Under the pieces are notes generated by a model. It did not search any database. It saw only the letters and a list, made by a program, of their open reading frames with translations, and was not told the origin of the DNA. From an uncultured Bacteroidales bacterium (GTDB lineage Bacteria; Bacteroidota; Bacteroidia; Bacteroidales; JBBRXJ01), in contig CAYMKE010000001.1 of NCBI GenBank assembly GCA_964390955.1, forward strand, positions 1 to 47,614: DNA of 47,614 nucleotides, in the 5' to 3' direction. Shown in pieces: positions 26,787-36,137 of the stretch (within the stretch, counting starts at the first letter, position 1; every line of letters begins with the position of its first letter). A program made the position numbers and the translations under genes.

Positions 26787-27653
26787 TTATGTTTTGGACT
26801 CATCCGAATTTACTGTTTCTACTTTTTCTTTTCGCGGTGGAAAATTTTCTTCATGAATAGCATTTGTAGGACATACAGGAACACATTTCCTGCATAATTT
26901 ACATTTTTCAGGATCAATATAAGCCAAATTATTGTTTAATGTAATGGCTTCAAAAGGACATGTTTTCACACATTTTCCACATCCTATGCATGCCACTTTA
27001 CAGACTTTTCGTGCAACCGCTCCTTTTTCTTCGTTTACACAACAAATATATACTTTTCTGTCTTTTTTGTTTTTCTTTCTTAGCTCTATGATATTTCTCG
27101 GACAGGCATCAACACATGCTCCACAGGCGGTACATTTGTCATCTAAAACGACCGGAAGACCTGTTTCAGGATTGATATGAATGGCATCAAAATTACATGA
27201 TTCCACACAGTCGCCGTATCCTAAACAACCGTTTGGACAATCTGTTTCTCCAATATACAGCGAAGAAGCGACCTGGCAAGATTGAACTCCATCATACAGG
27301 CTGGTTACAGCGCGGTGTTCGGCTGTTCCATTACATCTAACCACTGCTACCATAGGATTTTGTGCTTCTGCTTCCACTTCCATAACTTCAGCTATATGTT
27401 GCATGCATTCGTTTCCTCCAACAGGACAATAAAATCCATTAAGATCCCCTTTATTTACAATCGCTTCGGCAAAATTCCTACAACCGGTATAACCACAACC
27501 ACCACAATTGGCGCCCGGCAAAATATCGTCTATAAGATCAATTTTAGGGTCTTCATATACTTTAAATTTTTGCGATGCAAAATACAGCACAATGCCGGCC
27601 AAAGCTCCAAGTGCACTTAATGAAACCACCGAATAAATAATGACTGAATCCAT
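26787..27653 (-). CDS. rnfB: Rnf electron transport complex subunit B (polyferredoxin)
   Basis: It has an N-terminal TM segment, the CGGCGYTGCRNFAEA cluster and several CxxCxxCxxxCP ferredoxin motifs. Length is 288 aa. Confidence 0.9.
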   Translation of the reverse strand: MDSVIIYSVVSLSALGALAGIVLYFASQKFKVYEDPKIDLIDDILPGANCGGCGYTGCRNFAEAIVNKGDLNGFYCPVGGNECMQHIAEVMEVEAEAQNPMVAVVRCNGTAEHRAVTSLYDGVQSCQVASSLYIGETDCPNGCLGYGDCVESCNFDAIHINPETGLPVVLDDKCTACGACVDACPRNIIELRKKNKKDRKVYICCVNEEKGAVARKVCKVACIGCGKCVKTCPFEAITLNNNLAYIDPEKCKLCRKCVPVCPTNAIHEENFPPRKEKVETVNSDESKT

Positions 27654-27674
27654 ATATGTTCTGTTAAGTATTTA

Positions 27675-28094
27675 CTAAATTTTATAAATATGCATTAATA
27701 AAGATTTGCTAAAATATTTTTTTAAAAAATATAAAGCAATATAATAAGGGGCCATTGCAATAAGTGCAACTAATCCTGCAATTAATTCATCTTTGAAAAA
27801 ATATGAACCTGCAAAAAGTGTTGTCAAAAAAATAATAAAGGGAAGAATATAAGCCCAAAAAACAGCTTTTAATCCCTGGTTTTTCTGGATGGCAATTTTT
27901 ACATGATTGCCTTTTTCAAATCGTCCTGTAGCATCATCTATTTCAATAATTTTTTCTTTTTTATCTGATAATGAGCAGGCCGTTTTGGCATGGCAATTCC
28001 CGCAAGCTGAATGGCTCGTGATTCCTACCTTGACTTTTCCTGCATCTACATCCTTAACAACACCCTCATGTTCAATTTCATAAAAAGAATTCAT
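27675..28094 (-). CDS. RseC/MucC (SoxR-reducing system) family protein, first gene of the rnf operon
   Basis: It has the Cys cluster SACGNCHAKTAC followed by two TM helices. The start is taken at MNSFYEIEHEG (28094); the tracked ORF starts at 28133. Confidence 0.75.
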   Translation of the reverse strand: MNSFYEIEHEGVVKDVDAGKVKVGITSHSACGNCHAKTACSLSDKKEKIIEIDDATGRFEKGNHVKIAIQKNQGLKAVFWAYILPFIIFLTTLFAGSYFFKDELIAGLVALIAMAPYYIALYFLKKYFSKSLLMHIYKI

Positions 28095-28253
28095 AAAAAT
28101 TTTCCCTTGTTTGCGTTGACAAAAATAAAACAAATATGATTATCTTGTTTAAAAAAATTACCTTATCAACTTAATCGGTTGCATTAAGGGACTTCTATTA
28201 ATTATGTCCGCGTAACCAAATTCCAAATATACAAACACCAAATAACGAAAAAA

Positions 28254-30485
28254 CTATTCTTCATTGGATCTGATCACTTCAAGGACCCCTTTTACTCTCT
28301 CCAGTTTTTTCATTAATTGATCAAGATGCTCTGTATTATTAACTAAAAGTTTAATCTTTCCATTAAATTTTCCATTATCAGAGTCAAATGTAATAGACCG
28401 CATGTTAACGCGCAGGTCTTTTGATATTACTGACGAAATATTATTTACAATACCCAATACATCTATGCCGTATATTTTAATAACCGTTTCATAATAACTC
28501 CCCTGTTTTTTTTCTGTCCACCGTGTTTGTAGTATACGGTGATTATATTTTGACATCAATTGCTTTGCATTCGGACAATCTTTCCGGTGAATCTTAATGC
28601 CTTCGGATATGGTGATAAAGCCAAAAATATTATCTCCAAAAATAGGGTTACAACATTTTGCCAATGTATAGTCAACCCGTTCAATTTCGTTTTCAATGAT
28701 TAAAAAATCATCTTTTTTTGCTTCAATTTCGGGGTTTGGTTCTATCCTTAACTCTTTCCCGGTTTCTTTTAGTTTTTTTAAGTCTTCTTCTTCTTTCTTT
28801 TTTTCAACAGCACCGGTTAAAAATTCTTTAAAATCAGCCAGGTTAATTTTTCCTAATGCAATATCATAATACATATCCGATGACTTATTATACCCAAAAA
28901 AATCCAATAGTTTATTAACATTTTTGTCATCAAAAGACAATTTCCAATTTTTAAATTTTCTTCTAACAGTGTCTTTACCGTTTTCTGCTTCTGCATATTT
29001 GTCTTTGGCTAAAATTTGTTTGATTTTAGACCGGGCCTTGGGGGTTACTACATATTCAAGCCAACTTGATTTGGGTGATTGATTTTTAGAAGTAATAATC
29101 TCTACCGTATCACCATTATTCAATATATGTTTAATGGATACATTTTTGTCATTCACGCGTGCTCCAAGACACAAAGCGCCAATATCACTGTGAATATCAA
29201 ATGCAAAATCCAATACCGTTGCACCATGCGGAAGTTTTTTGATGTCGCCTTTAGGAGTAAAAACAAATATTTCGTCTGTATATAGTGAAAGTTTTATATT
29301 ATTCATGAAGTCGGTAGTATCTGCTGCTGTATTTTCAAGTACCTCCCTTACTCTTGAAAGCCAATGTTCCGACCTCATGTCTTCTTTCCCGCCTTTATAA
29401 CGCCAATGAGCAGCAAGTCCCTTTTCTGCAATCTCATTCATACGTTCAGTTCTTATTTGAACTTCCACCCATTTGCCACCGGGGCCCACAACAGTTGTAT
29501 GAAGTGATTCATATCCATTGGATTTTGGTATTGATACCCAATCACGCAACCTTCGGGGATTAGGCTGGTATAGATTCGTAACAATAGAATAAACGGCCCA
29601 GCAATCAGACCGTTCATCTTTTAAAATGTTTTTTAGAATAATGCGAACTGCAAAAATGTCAAAGATTTCTTCAAATTCAACATCTTTGCTTTTCATTTTG
29701 TTCCAGATAGAATGAATGGACTTTGTGCGTCCCTTAATCTCGAAATTATAGCCTTGCTTTCTTAACTCTTCATTGATTGGTTGAATGAATTTTCTGATAA
29801 ACCGGTTTCGCCTGGTGGCTGTAATCCTGAGTTTGTTTCCTATGCTTTTATATGCCTCGGGTTTAGTATATTTTAATACCAGGTCTTCCAATTCAGATTT
29901 CAGGTTATACAATCCCAGCCGATGAGCAAACGGTGCATACATTTGAGCAACTTCTAATGAATAGGATATTTGATATTCTTTTGGAAACCTGTTCAACCGG
30001 CGCATTGTATAAAGGCGTTGGGCAAGTTTTATCAGTATAACTCTTATGTCGCCTGATATTGCCAGGATAAATTTACGATAATTCTCCGATTGCATAAGGT
30101 TATACAATGAGTCATATCTGGATATTTTGGATATCCCATCAATAATATCAACAATATTAGAGCCAAATGTTTCTTTAATTTCTTCACTTGTTATAGAACC
30201 ATCTTCCCATGAAGGATAAAGAAAGATACTGACAATAGCAGAATATCCCAGGTCAAATTCTGAAGAAACAATTTTTATGATTCCGAATAAATAATAAATA
30301 TATGGTTCTTCTAAATAATCATTTTTAGTACTGCACGACTCCATAGATAAATTAAACGCTTTCCGGATCAGTTTAACTTCTTCTTTTGTAAGATCATCAC
30401 GTTTTAAGCGAAGAAGCCCCCTGTATTTATTTAATATTTTATTCTTCTCAGGTACAGTTGTATTGACTACTTGTTCATTCTCCAT
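28254..30485 (-). CDS. relA: Long RelA/SpoT homologue, RelA-type (synthetase intact, hydrolase HD motif degenerate)
   Basis: The synthetase motifs are GRTKSIHSIWNKM, DIFAVRIIL, GYESLHTTV and EVQIRTERMNEIAEKGLAAHWRYK. TGS and ACT-like C-terminal regions follow. The HD positions read EPYIYYL, FLYPSWED and AQRLYTM. Confidence 0.88.
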   Translation of the reverse strand: MENEQVVNTTVPEKNKILNKYRGLLRLKRDDLTKEEVKLIRKAFNLSMESCSTKNDYLEEPYIYYLFGIIKIVSSEFDLGYSAIVSIFLYPSWEDGSITSEEIKETFGSNIVDIIDGISKISRYDSLYNLMQSENYRKFILAISGDIRVILIKLAQRLYTMRRLNRFPKEYQISYSLEVAQMYAPFAHRLGLYNLKSELEDLVLKYTKPEAYKSIGNKLRITATRRNRFIRKFIQPINEELRKQGYNFEIKGRTKSIHSIWNKMKSKDVEFEEIFDIFAVRIILKNILKDERSDCWAVYSIVTNLYQPNPRRLRDWVSIPKSNGYESLHTTVVGPGGKWVEVQIRTERMNEIAEKGLAAHWRYKGGKEDMRSEHWLSRVREVLENTAADTTDFMNNIKLSLYTDEIFVFTPKGDIKKLPHGATVLDFAFDIHSDIGALCLGARVNDKNVSIKHILNNGDTVEIITSKNQSPKSSWLEYVVTPKARSKIKQILAKDKYAEAENGKDTVRRKFKNWKLSFDDKNVNKLLDFFGYNKSSDMYYDIALGKINLADFKEFLTGAVEKKKEEEDLKKLKETGKELRIEPNPEIEAKKDDFLIIENEIERVDYTLAKCCNPIFGDNIFGFITISEGIKIHRKDCPNAKQLMSKYNHRILQTRWTEKKQGSYYETVIKIYGIDVLGIVNNISSVISKDLRVNMRSITFDSDNGKFNGKIKLLVNNTEHLDQLMKKLERVKGVLEVIRSNEE

Positions 30486-30541
30486 AAAAATCCCGTAAAT
30501 TTTAATTCTGTTGTATCCCTTTATTTATATAGTGATTATGA

Positions 30542-32608
30542 TTACCGGGAAATGATTATTTTCCTCATTGTACGGTTGTCTTGATTAAAAAGTTCCATAA
30601 AATAAACCCCGTCAGAAATACCGTGTACATTAAGCCGGTAAAAAAACTCATTGTCAAGGTCTTTGGTTAATATTAAATTTCCATTCGAATTATAGATATT
30701 AATTTTTTTGATCTCGTCATTGCTTTGAATATTAATGAAATCATGGGCCGGGTTAGGGAATACTCTTGGGTACCCGTCATGTGAGACAGAATATCTATGT
30801 TCAATCGCCTCAAATGTTGCTTCCGGTAAATCAAAATATATTCTTGAAATTCCTCCATAAGTTGAAATCCATGCGCACGTGTCATTCTCAAAATGTATGT
30901 TCCGGCAATTTTCATCTACAAGTCCATCTGTTTTTGTAATAGAAAACCACTGTAAACCAGTATATATTGAAATGCCACCGGATGTTGCCATCCATATATT
31001 CCGTTTGGCATCTATTTCAACATCATTTATAACCGGGTCAAGAAGACCGTCTTCCATTGAAAAATTCTGAAATGTGAAACGGTCAAAATACGACAACCCA
31101 TTGTTTGTTCCACACCAAATATGATCATTATGGTTTACAGCAATTGCATTGACATCATCTGAAGGCAACCCGTCGTACATACTATAATTGGTTAAATAAT
31201 TATTAGAATATAAATCAACTCCATCGTTTGCCATCCACATTCTTCCACGGCTATCAAATTCAATATCTTTTACAGGTACGTCGGTATATTCATGAAAATT
31301 CTCAATTACATGTCCTGTATAGTTAAATACCCCCAAAAGGGCACCAAACCATAATTTGCCATTATAACCAGTTTCTATGTCCCATATAGCTTCCGTATAC
31401 CAGGTATACATTTTCCAGGAGACACCATCAAAAGACAATATTCCTGTATCTGACTCATTGCCATAATCACAACCAAACCAAACAGTATTATTTTTGTCTG
31501 TATGGACTGACTTGAAACCGGTATTTTCCGGTAAAGGAAATTCATATTCCGACCATTTATTATTGGAAAATACGGCTATTCCTTTTTGCGTGCCGGCCCA
31601 TACAAAATTGTCCTGATGTGCAATTTCTTCAACCTTATTAGAAGGTATTTGATGACTAATTCTGTGATATTGCCATATATTGTCCTGATAACTCAAAAAC
31701 CCATTCTTCGTTCCCACCCACACGACACCATGATTATCAGAATATAATGATGTAATCTGAGTGTCTTGGGCTACATGTGCAATATCATGATTATTAAACA
31801 TTGTATGGTTATACATGGACAATCCATACCATGTCCCACACCATATATTATTGTTCGTGTCAACACTTAAGGATGTAATCCAGTCATCCAACAGTCCATC
31901 GTCAGTGGTATAATTTGTTACAGTACTGTCATCAATACGGCTCAATCCAAGGCGGGTTCCAGCCCAAACTGTACCGGAAGTATCTACTGCAATGGAATAA
32001 ACCCATGAGATTGGAAGTGAATCATTCAGTGAATAAGGCTGCCATGAACCTTGCCTGTAAATGGAGACTCCACCCTCATCGGTAGCGACCCAAATTGAGC
32101 CGTCAGGATGCTCCGTGATATCCCTGGCATAATTATCAGTCAGGCCATCCTGCATGGTGTAGTTTGTCCATTGACCTGACGAAAAATGGGAAACACCGTT
32201 TACTGTGGCAGCCCAAATAGTGCCATCAGAGGCTTTTATTATCCGTTTCACTTCTTTGCTTCCGATGTTATCTTTTAGAGTATATATAAAAGCTGAACCG
32301 GGAGTTTTCCGGGTAATTCCATCATTGGTTGCAACCCATAAATCATCACCTCCCCCTGTAATACCTGTACAAAACACATCAGATAAACCATCTAAAGTGG
32401 AATATTGAACATTAAGCTTATTATTATTCAGATTAAACTTCAAAATACCACCTTCAGTAGATATAAAAAGGATTGAATCGCATCGTAAAAAATCCGTTGT
32501 ACTTGATGTATTGGTATAATTTGTAATATTAAATGTTTGTCCTGTTAGAGAGGTAAACAGGAGACAAATAAATAATAATAAAAAACTGATTTTTGCAGGT
32601 ATTTTCAT
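30542..32608 (-). CDS. Secreted beta-propeller protein (two-component-regulator propeller repeats) with T9SS C-terminal sorting domain
   Basis: A signal peptide is followed by about 13 repeats of the W-x-G/A-T-x-x-G motif (LWVATNDGI, IWAATVNGV, VWAGTRLGL, IWCGTNNGL and others). The C-terminal FPNPAHDFINI...GVYFMELF...RKIIISR is a T9SS CTD pattern. Confidence 0.8.
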   Translation of the reverse strand: MKIPAKISFLLLFICLLFTSLTGQTFNITNYTNTSSTTDFLRCDSILFISTEGGILKFNLNNNKLNVQYSTLDGLSDVFCTGITGGGDDLWVATNDGITRKTPGSAFIYTLKDNIGSKEVKRIIKASDGTIWAATVNGVSHFSSGQWTNYTMQDGLTDNYARDITEHPDGSIWVATDEGGVSIYRQGSWQPYSLNDSLPISWVYSIAVDTSGTVWAGTRLGLSRIDDSTVTNYTTDDGLLDDWITSLSVDTNNNIWCGTWYGLSMYNHTMFNNHDIAHVAQDTQITSLYSDNHGVVWVGTKNGFLSYQDNIWQYHRISHQIPSNKVEEIAHQDNFVWAGTQKGIAVFSNNKWSEYEFPLPENTGFKSVHTDKNNTVWFGCDYGNESDTGILSFDGVSWKMYTWYTEAIWDIETGYNGKLWFGALLGVFNYTGHVIENFHEYTDVPVKDIEFDSRGRMWMANDGVDLYSNNYLTNYSMYDGLPSDDVNAIAVNHNDHIWCGTNNGLSYFDRFTFQNFSMEDGLLDPVINDVEIDAKRNIWMATSGGISIYTGLQWFSITKTDGLVDENCRNIHFENDTCAWISTYGGISRIYFDLPEATFEAIEHRYSVSHDGYPRVFPNPAHDFINIQSNDEIKKINIYNSNGNLILTKDLDNEFFYRLNVHGISDGVYFMELFNQDNRTMRKIIISR

Positions 32609-32677
32609 GCTTTATATTTATTACAACATTATTTTTATGTACCTGTAAAATTACAAAAAAAATTGATTGTAAATTTA

Positions 32678-32800
32678 TGTTTGAATCATAATGTCCGGTA
32701 ACTTCGTTATACCTTCATTCTCTCTATTCCTTCTCTACCAGTATGTTTGTATTAAAAATCACTCGCCATTGCCCGGCTCATATCCTGATTCGCGTAAAAA
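32678..32800. repeat. Partial third copy (element C) of the palindromic repeat family
   Basis: TCATAATGTCCGGTAAC matches the element B left arm at 16/17 positions. TCATAATGTCCGGTAACTTCGTTA matches the reverse complement of the B right arm at 20/24 (by eye). The downstream block CTACCAGTATGTTTGTATTAAAAATCACTCGCC parallels element A. Confidence 0.6.
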
Positions 32801-33135
32801 AAGAAATTTTAAGAAATAAAACAACCAACATATAATTTTTTGCAAACATTAAAATAAAAATCTATAATTAGAGTACTTCTTCAAAAATTAATTTTAATTT
32901 TGTATCCTATATTATTTAAAATTTAAATATTTGTGCATTTATAATTTATTTATACATGTCCTTATTTTAAATTTATTTTTTTAACATTTTGACAATGAGG
33001 TTTTTATAATCATTCAAATAATTTTTTCATGTTATCCGTGTAATAAGAAATAAAGATATTGGATAAACAAGGGAAGATTTGACAAATGACGATATTACCG
33101 CATTATTAGAATCAAACACATTAAATTAATCAACA

Positions 33136-33381
33136 ATGAACATTTATGTAGGCAACCTTAATTTTAAGGTAAAAGAAAACGATCTTAAAGAAATTTTTGA
33201 AGAGTACGGAGAAGTAAGCTCTGCTAAAATTATTACTGACAAGTATAGTGGTAAAAGCCGTGGATTTGGCTTTGTTACTATGGATGACGACGGAGACGCC
33301 AACAAGGCAATCAATGAACTGAATGGCGCATCTTTTGAAGACAGAGAATTAGTTGTAAATGAAGCAAGGCCGAGAAAATAA
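33136..33381 (+). CDS. RRM-type RNA-binding protein
   Basis: This 81-aa protein has RNP-2 (IYVGNL) and RNP-1 (RGFGFVTM) motifs. Confidence 0.92.
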   Translation: MNIYVGNLNFKVKENDLKEIFEEYGEVSSAKIITDKYSGKSRGFGFVTMDDDGDANKAINELNGASFEDRELVVNEARPRK

Positions 33382-33581
33382 TGGAAAAAGGAAAGATCAA
33401 ATGGTATAATGAAACCAAAGGATATGGTTTCATTACTACTGAAAACAGTGATGATATTTTTGTTCACAGAACAGGAATTTTAGATTCGGGGCAATCTTTG
33501 CAACCCGAACAGGAAGTAAGTTTTGAAACCAAAGAAACTGAAAAAGGAACGATTGCAATTAACGTAACACAAATTATTTAA
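33381..33581 (+). CDS. Cold-shock domain protein (CspA family)
   Basis: This 66-aa protein has KWYNETKGYGFI and DIFVH motifs. Its start overlaps the RRM stop (TAATG). Confidence 0.92.
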   Translation: MEKGKIKWYNETKGYGFITTENSDDIFVHRTGILDSGQSLQPEQEVSFETKETEKGTIAINVTQII

Positions 33582-33582
33582 T

Positions 33583-34686
33583 TTGACCTCATTAAATATT
33601 GGCAATATCAATATACCCATTCCAATAATACAAGGTGGAATGGGTATTGGTATATCATTATCAGGGCTTGCATCTGCAGTTGCAAACATGGGTGGTGTAG
33701 GTATTATTTCAACTGTTGAAATAGGACTTACTTCAAACAAACAGGATTCGCCCCATAAACAAAATAACATTGACGCAATACGCAGGGAAATCAGAAAGGC
33801 ACGTCAAAAAACAAATGGTGTGCTTGGAGTGAATATAATGATGGTACTATCTAACTTTTCTGATATGGTTCGTACATCCATAGAAGAAGGTATTGACATT
33901 ATTTTTTCAGGAGCAGGCCTTCCTCTTGATTTACCGAAATACTTAAAAAAGGAAAACAATCCAAAACTTGTTCCCATTATATCATCTACGCGTGCAGCCT
34001 CCATTATATGCAATAAATGGAAACAAAATCACAATTATTTACCAGATGCCTTTGTTGTTGAAGGGCCTAAAGCAGGCGGGCATTTAGGATTCAAATACAA
34101 TGACATTGAAAATAAAAATAATACACTGGAAAAACTGTTATCTGGTGTACTGGGAATTACAAAGGAAATAGAAGACAAATACAAGAAAAAAATACCTGTA
34201 ATTGCTGCCGGAGGAATTTATACCGGAAATGATATTTATCATATTATGCAACAAGGAGCATCAGCTGTACAAATAGGTACACGGTTTATTGCTACCGAAG
34301 AATGTGATGCATCTCCTGAATTCAAAAACGCCATTATAAACGCATCGGAAAATGATATTAAAATCATTAAAAGCCCTGTAGGAATGCCCGGAAGAGCAAT
34401 TTACAATAAATTTCTTCATGAAGCAAATAATGGCAAAAGAAAACCTTCTTTTTGCAAATATAATTGCATTAAAACATGCGATCCAAAAACCACCGAATTT
34501 TGTATTGCAGAAGCACTTTTGGCAGCATACAACGGAAACCTTATAGATGGATTTGTTTTTACCGGCTCAAATGCTGGTAAAGTTCACAAAATATCTACGG
34601 TAGAGGAAATATTTCATGAATTAATGGATGAATATCAGACAGAACAAAATAAAGTAAGAGATCAAAACCTTACAGAGGAATCTTAA
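33583..34686 (+). CDS. NAD(P)H-dependent flavin oxidoreductase (nitronate monooxygenase / FabK-like family)
   Basis: It shows PIIQGGMGIGIS, EGPKAGGHLG and AAGGIYTG..VQIGTRF. The TTG start at 33583 is needed to keep the conserved N-terminal IQGGM motif. Confidence 0.8.
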   Translation: MTSLNIGNINIPIPIIQGGMGIGISLSGLASAVANMGGVGIISTVEIGLTSNKQDSPHKQNNIDAIRREIRKARQKTNGVLGVNIMMVLSNFSDMVRTSIEEGIDIIFSGAGLPLDLPKYLKKENNPKLVPIISSTRAASIICNKWKQNHNYLPDAFVVEGPKAGGHLGFKYNDIENKNNTLEKLLSGVLGITKEIEDKYKKKIPVIAAGGIYTGNDIYHIMQQGASAVQIGTRFIATEECDASPEFKNAIINASENDIKIIKSPVGMPGRAIYNKFLHEANNGKRKPSFCKYNCIKTCDPKTTEFCIAEALLAAYNGNLIDGFVFTGSNAGKVHKISTVEEIFHELMDEYQTEQNKVRDQNLTEES

Positions 34687-36137
34687 TCCTCTGTACCATC
34701 ATCCCACCAAACTCCTTCAGTAAGCTGAACATCCGGCACATTATTTCCATTGGTGCTGATTTCATTTTGCGGATAAGGGAATCTCCTTGGCGGTTCGCCA
34801 AGTGGATTTTGCAGGCTCGGGATACCAGTCCGGCGCCAGTCGGTATACACTTCAATAGACTGAAATGGCCATAACGCAATAAATTTCTGGGTAATGATAT
34901 CTTCAAGGGTTAAATTTTGAGGCGCCATAGCCAATACATTGTCAAAAAAAACATCATTATTTAAAGCAGATTCAATGGACATTCCATAATCCTGTAAATC
35001 TTGTGATATGGCTTGTTGATAAGCCATGAATGCGACATCATAATTTCCAAGCCTTAAATTGCATTCGGCTTTGATGAAAAGGATTTCAACATAAGATATT
35101 AATGGAATCGGAGTATGGGGTTGTAAAATATTGTATGAAATATTTGAATATTTTGAACTATTTACATCCAGTTCTGCATCCCCGTTTAAAGCAGGCACAT
35201 ATACATTGGAATCGTATGCTATGGTGATCATTTTTGATCTTCGCGGATCACTATTATTATTTAACAGATCATACAATGTTTTGCTGATCGAAAATGCATT
35301 TCTCATCCTGTACCAGGGATTTTGATGAGAGATATCTTCTGAGCTGCTCCATTTATCAAAAACCATTTCATCACTTTTACTCTCAAAGGCATTTTGCAAA
35401 CATTGCAAAGCATTTATTGCCGAATTTTGAGCATCTCTTTTACTTAAATGATTATATAGCCGGGCTTTTAATGCCCAGGAAGCTTTTATCCACATATCAG
35501 TATTCCCCTCATATATAAAATCTTCTTCCCCGGGTGTTTGAATGGATGATTTACTCAAATTCACAATGGCTGAATCCAAGATTTTCTGCAAATCATTATA
35601 GATATCTTCTTGTTTATCGTATTTAGGCTGACGATTTTCTTTGCCTTTCAATGCTTCACTATAAGGGATCCTGCCGAATAAATCTGTAGCTGCTGAAAAT
35701 GTATAAGCATAAAGTACCTGGGCGATCCCCTTGTATTGATAATTGCCCTCTTCTGCTCCTCCTTCAGATACACGGTCAATAATTGTTTTCAGGTTTTTTA
35801 ACGTGCTGGTATAAAGATTCAACCATGCATTTTCAGAAAGCTTTGAATTGATACCACTACGCAAATCCAATTCATACATTCTTCCGTTTGTGCCTGCATT
35901 ATGTTCTGAGAAAACCGAGCTATACCAGGCAATATCAGATGCCTCAAGATAATAGGGAACACCACTTGTTACATTTGGAATAAGTGATTGCACAGGAACC
36001 TCTTCGGGATTGTTCGGGTTATTATCTATCTCATCCAATATATTCTCTGAACATGAGATCATTATTATAAATAATACCATTAAGAATATATTGATTGGTT
36101 TCACCTGGTATGTAATATAGAGTTGCTTCATTTTCAT
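34683..36137 (-). CDS. SusD/RagB family nutrient-binding outer-membrane lipoprotein
   Basis: It has a lipobox (IIMISC) and a helical TPR-like composition. Its position immediately after, and 1 nt overlapping, the SusC gene fits. Length is 484 aa. Confidence 0.85.
   Translation of the reverse strand: MKMKQLYITYQVKPINIFLMVLFIIMISCSENILDEIDNNPNNPEEVPVQSLIPNVTSGVPYYLEASDIAWYSSVFSEHNAGTNGRMYELDLRSGINSKLSENAWLNLYTSTLKNLKTIIDRVSEGGAEEGNYQYKGIAQVLYAYTFSAATDLFGRIPYSEALKGKENRQPKYDKQEDIYNDLQKILDSAIVNLSKSSIQTPGEEDFIYEGNTDMWIKASWALKARLYNHLSKRDAQNSAINALQCLQNAFESKSDEMVFDKWSSSEDISHQNPWYRMRNAFSISKTLYDLLNNNSDPRRSKMITIAYDSNVYVPALNGDAELDVNSSKYSNISYNILQPHTPIPLISYVEILFIKAECNLRLGNYDVAFMAYQQAISQDLQDYGMSIESALNNDVFFDNVLAMAPQNLTLEDIITQKFIALWPFQSIEVYTDWRRTGIPSLQNPLGEPPRRFPYPQNEISTNGNNVPDVQLTEGVWWDDGTED

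Noticed and set aside
32989-33010. TTGACA ... TATAAT sigma-70-like promoter upstream of the RRM gene.
   Set aside because: The spacer is only 10 nt (32995-33004). Bacteroidetes housekeeping promoters use the -33 TTG / -7 TAnnTTTG pattern instead.
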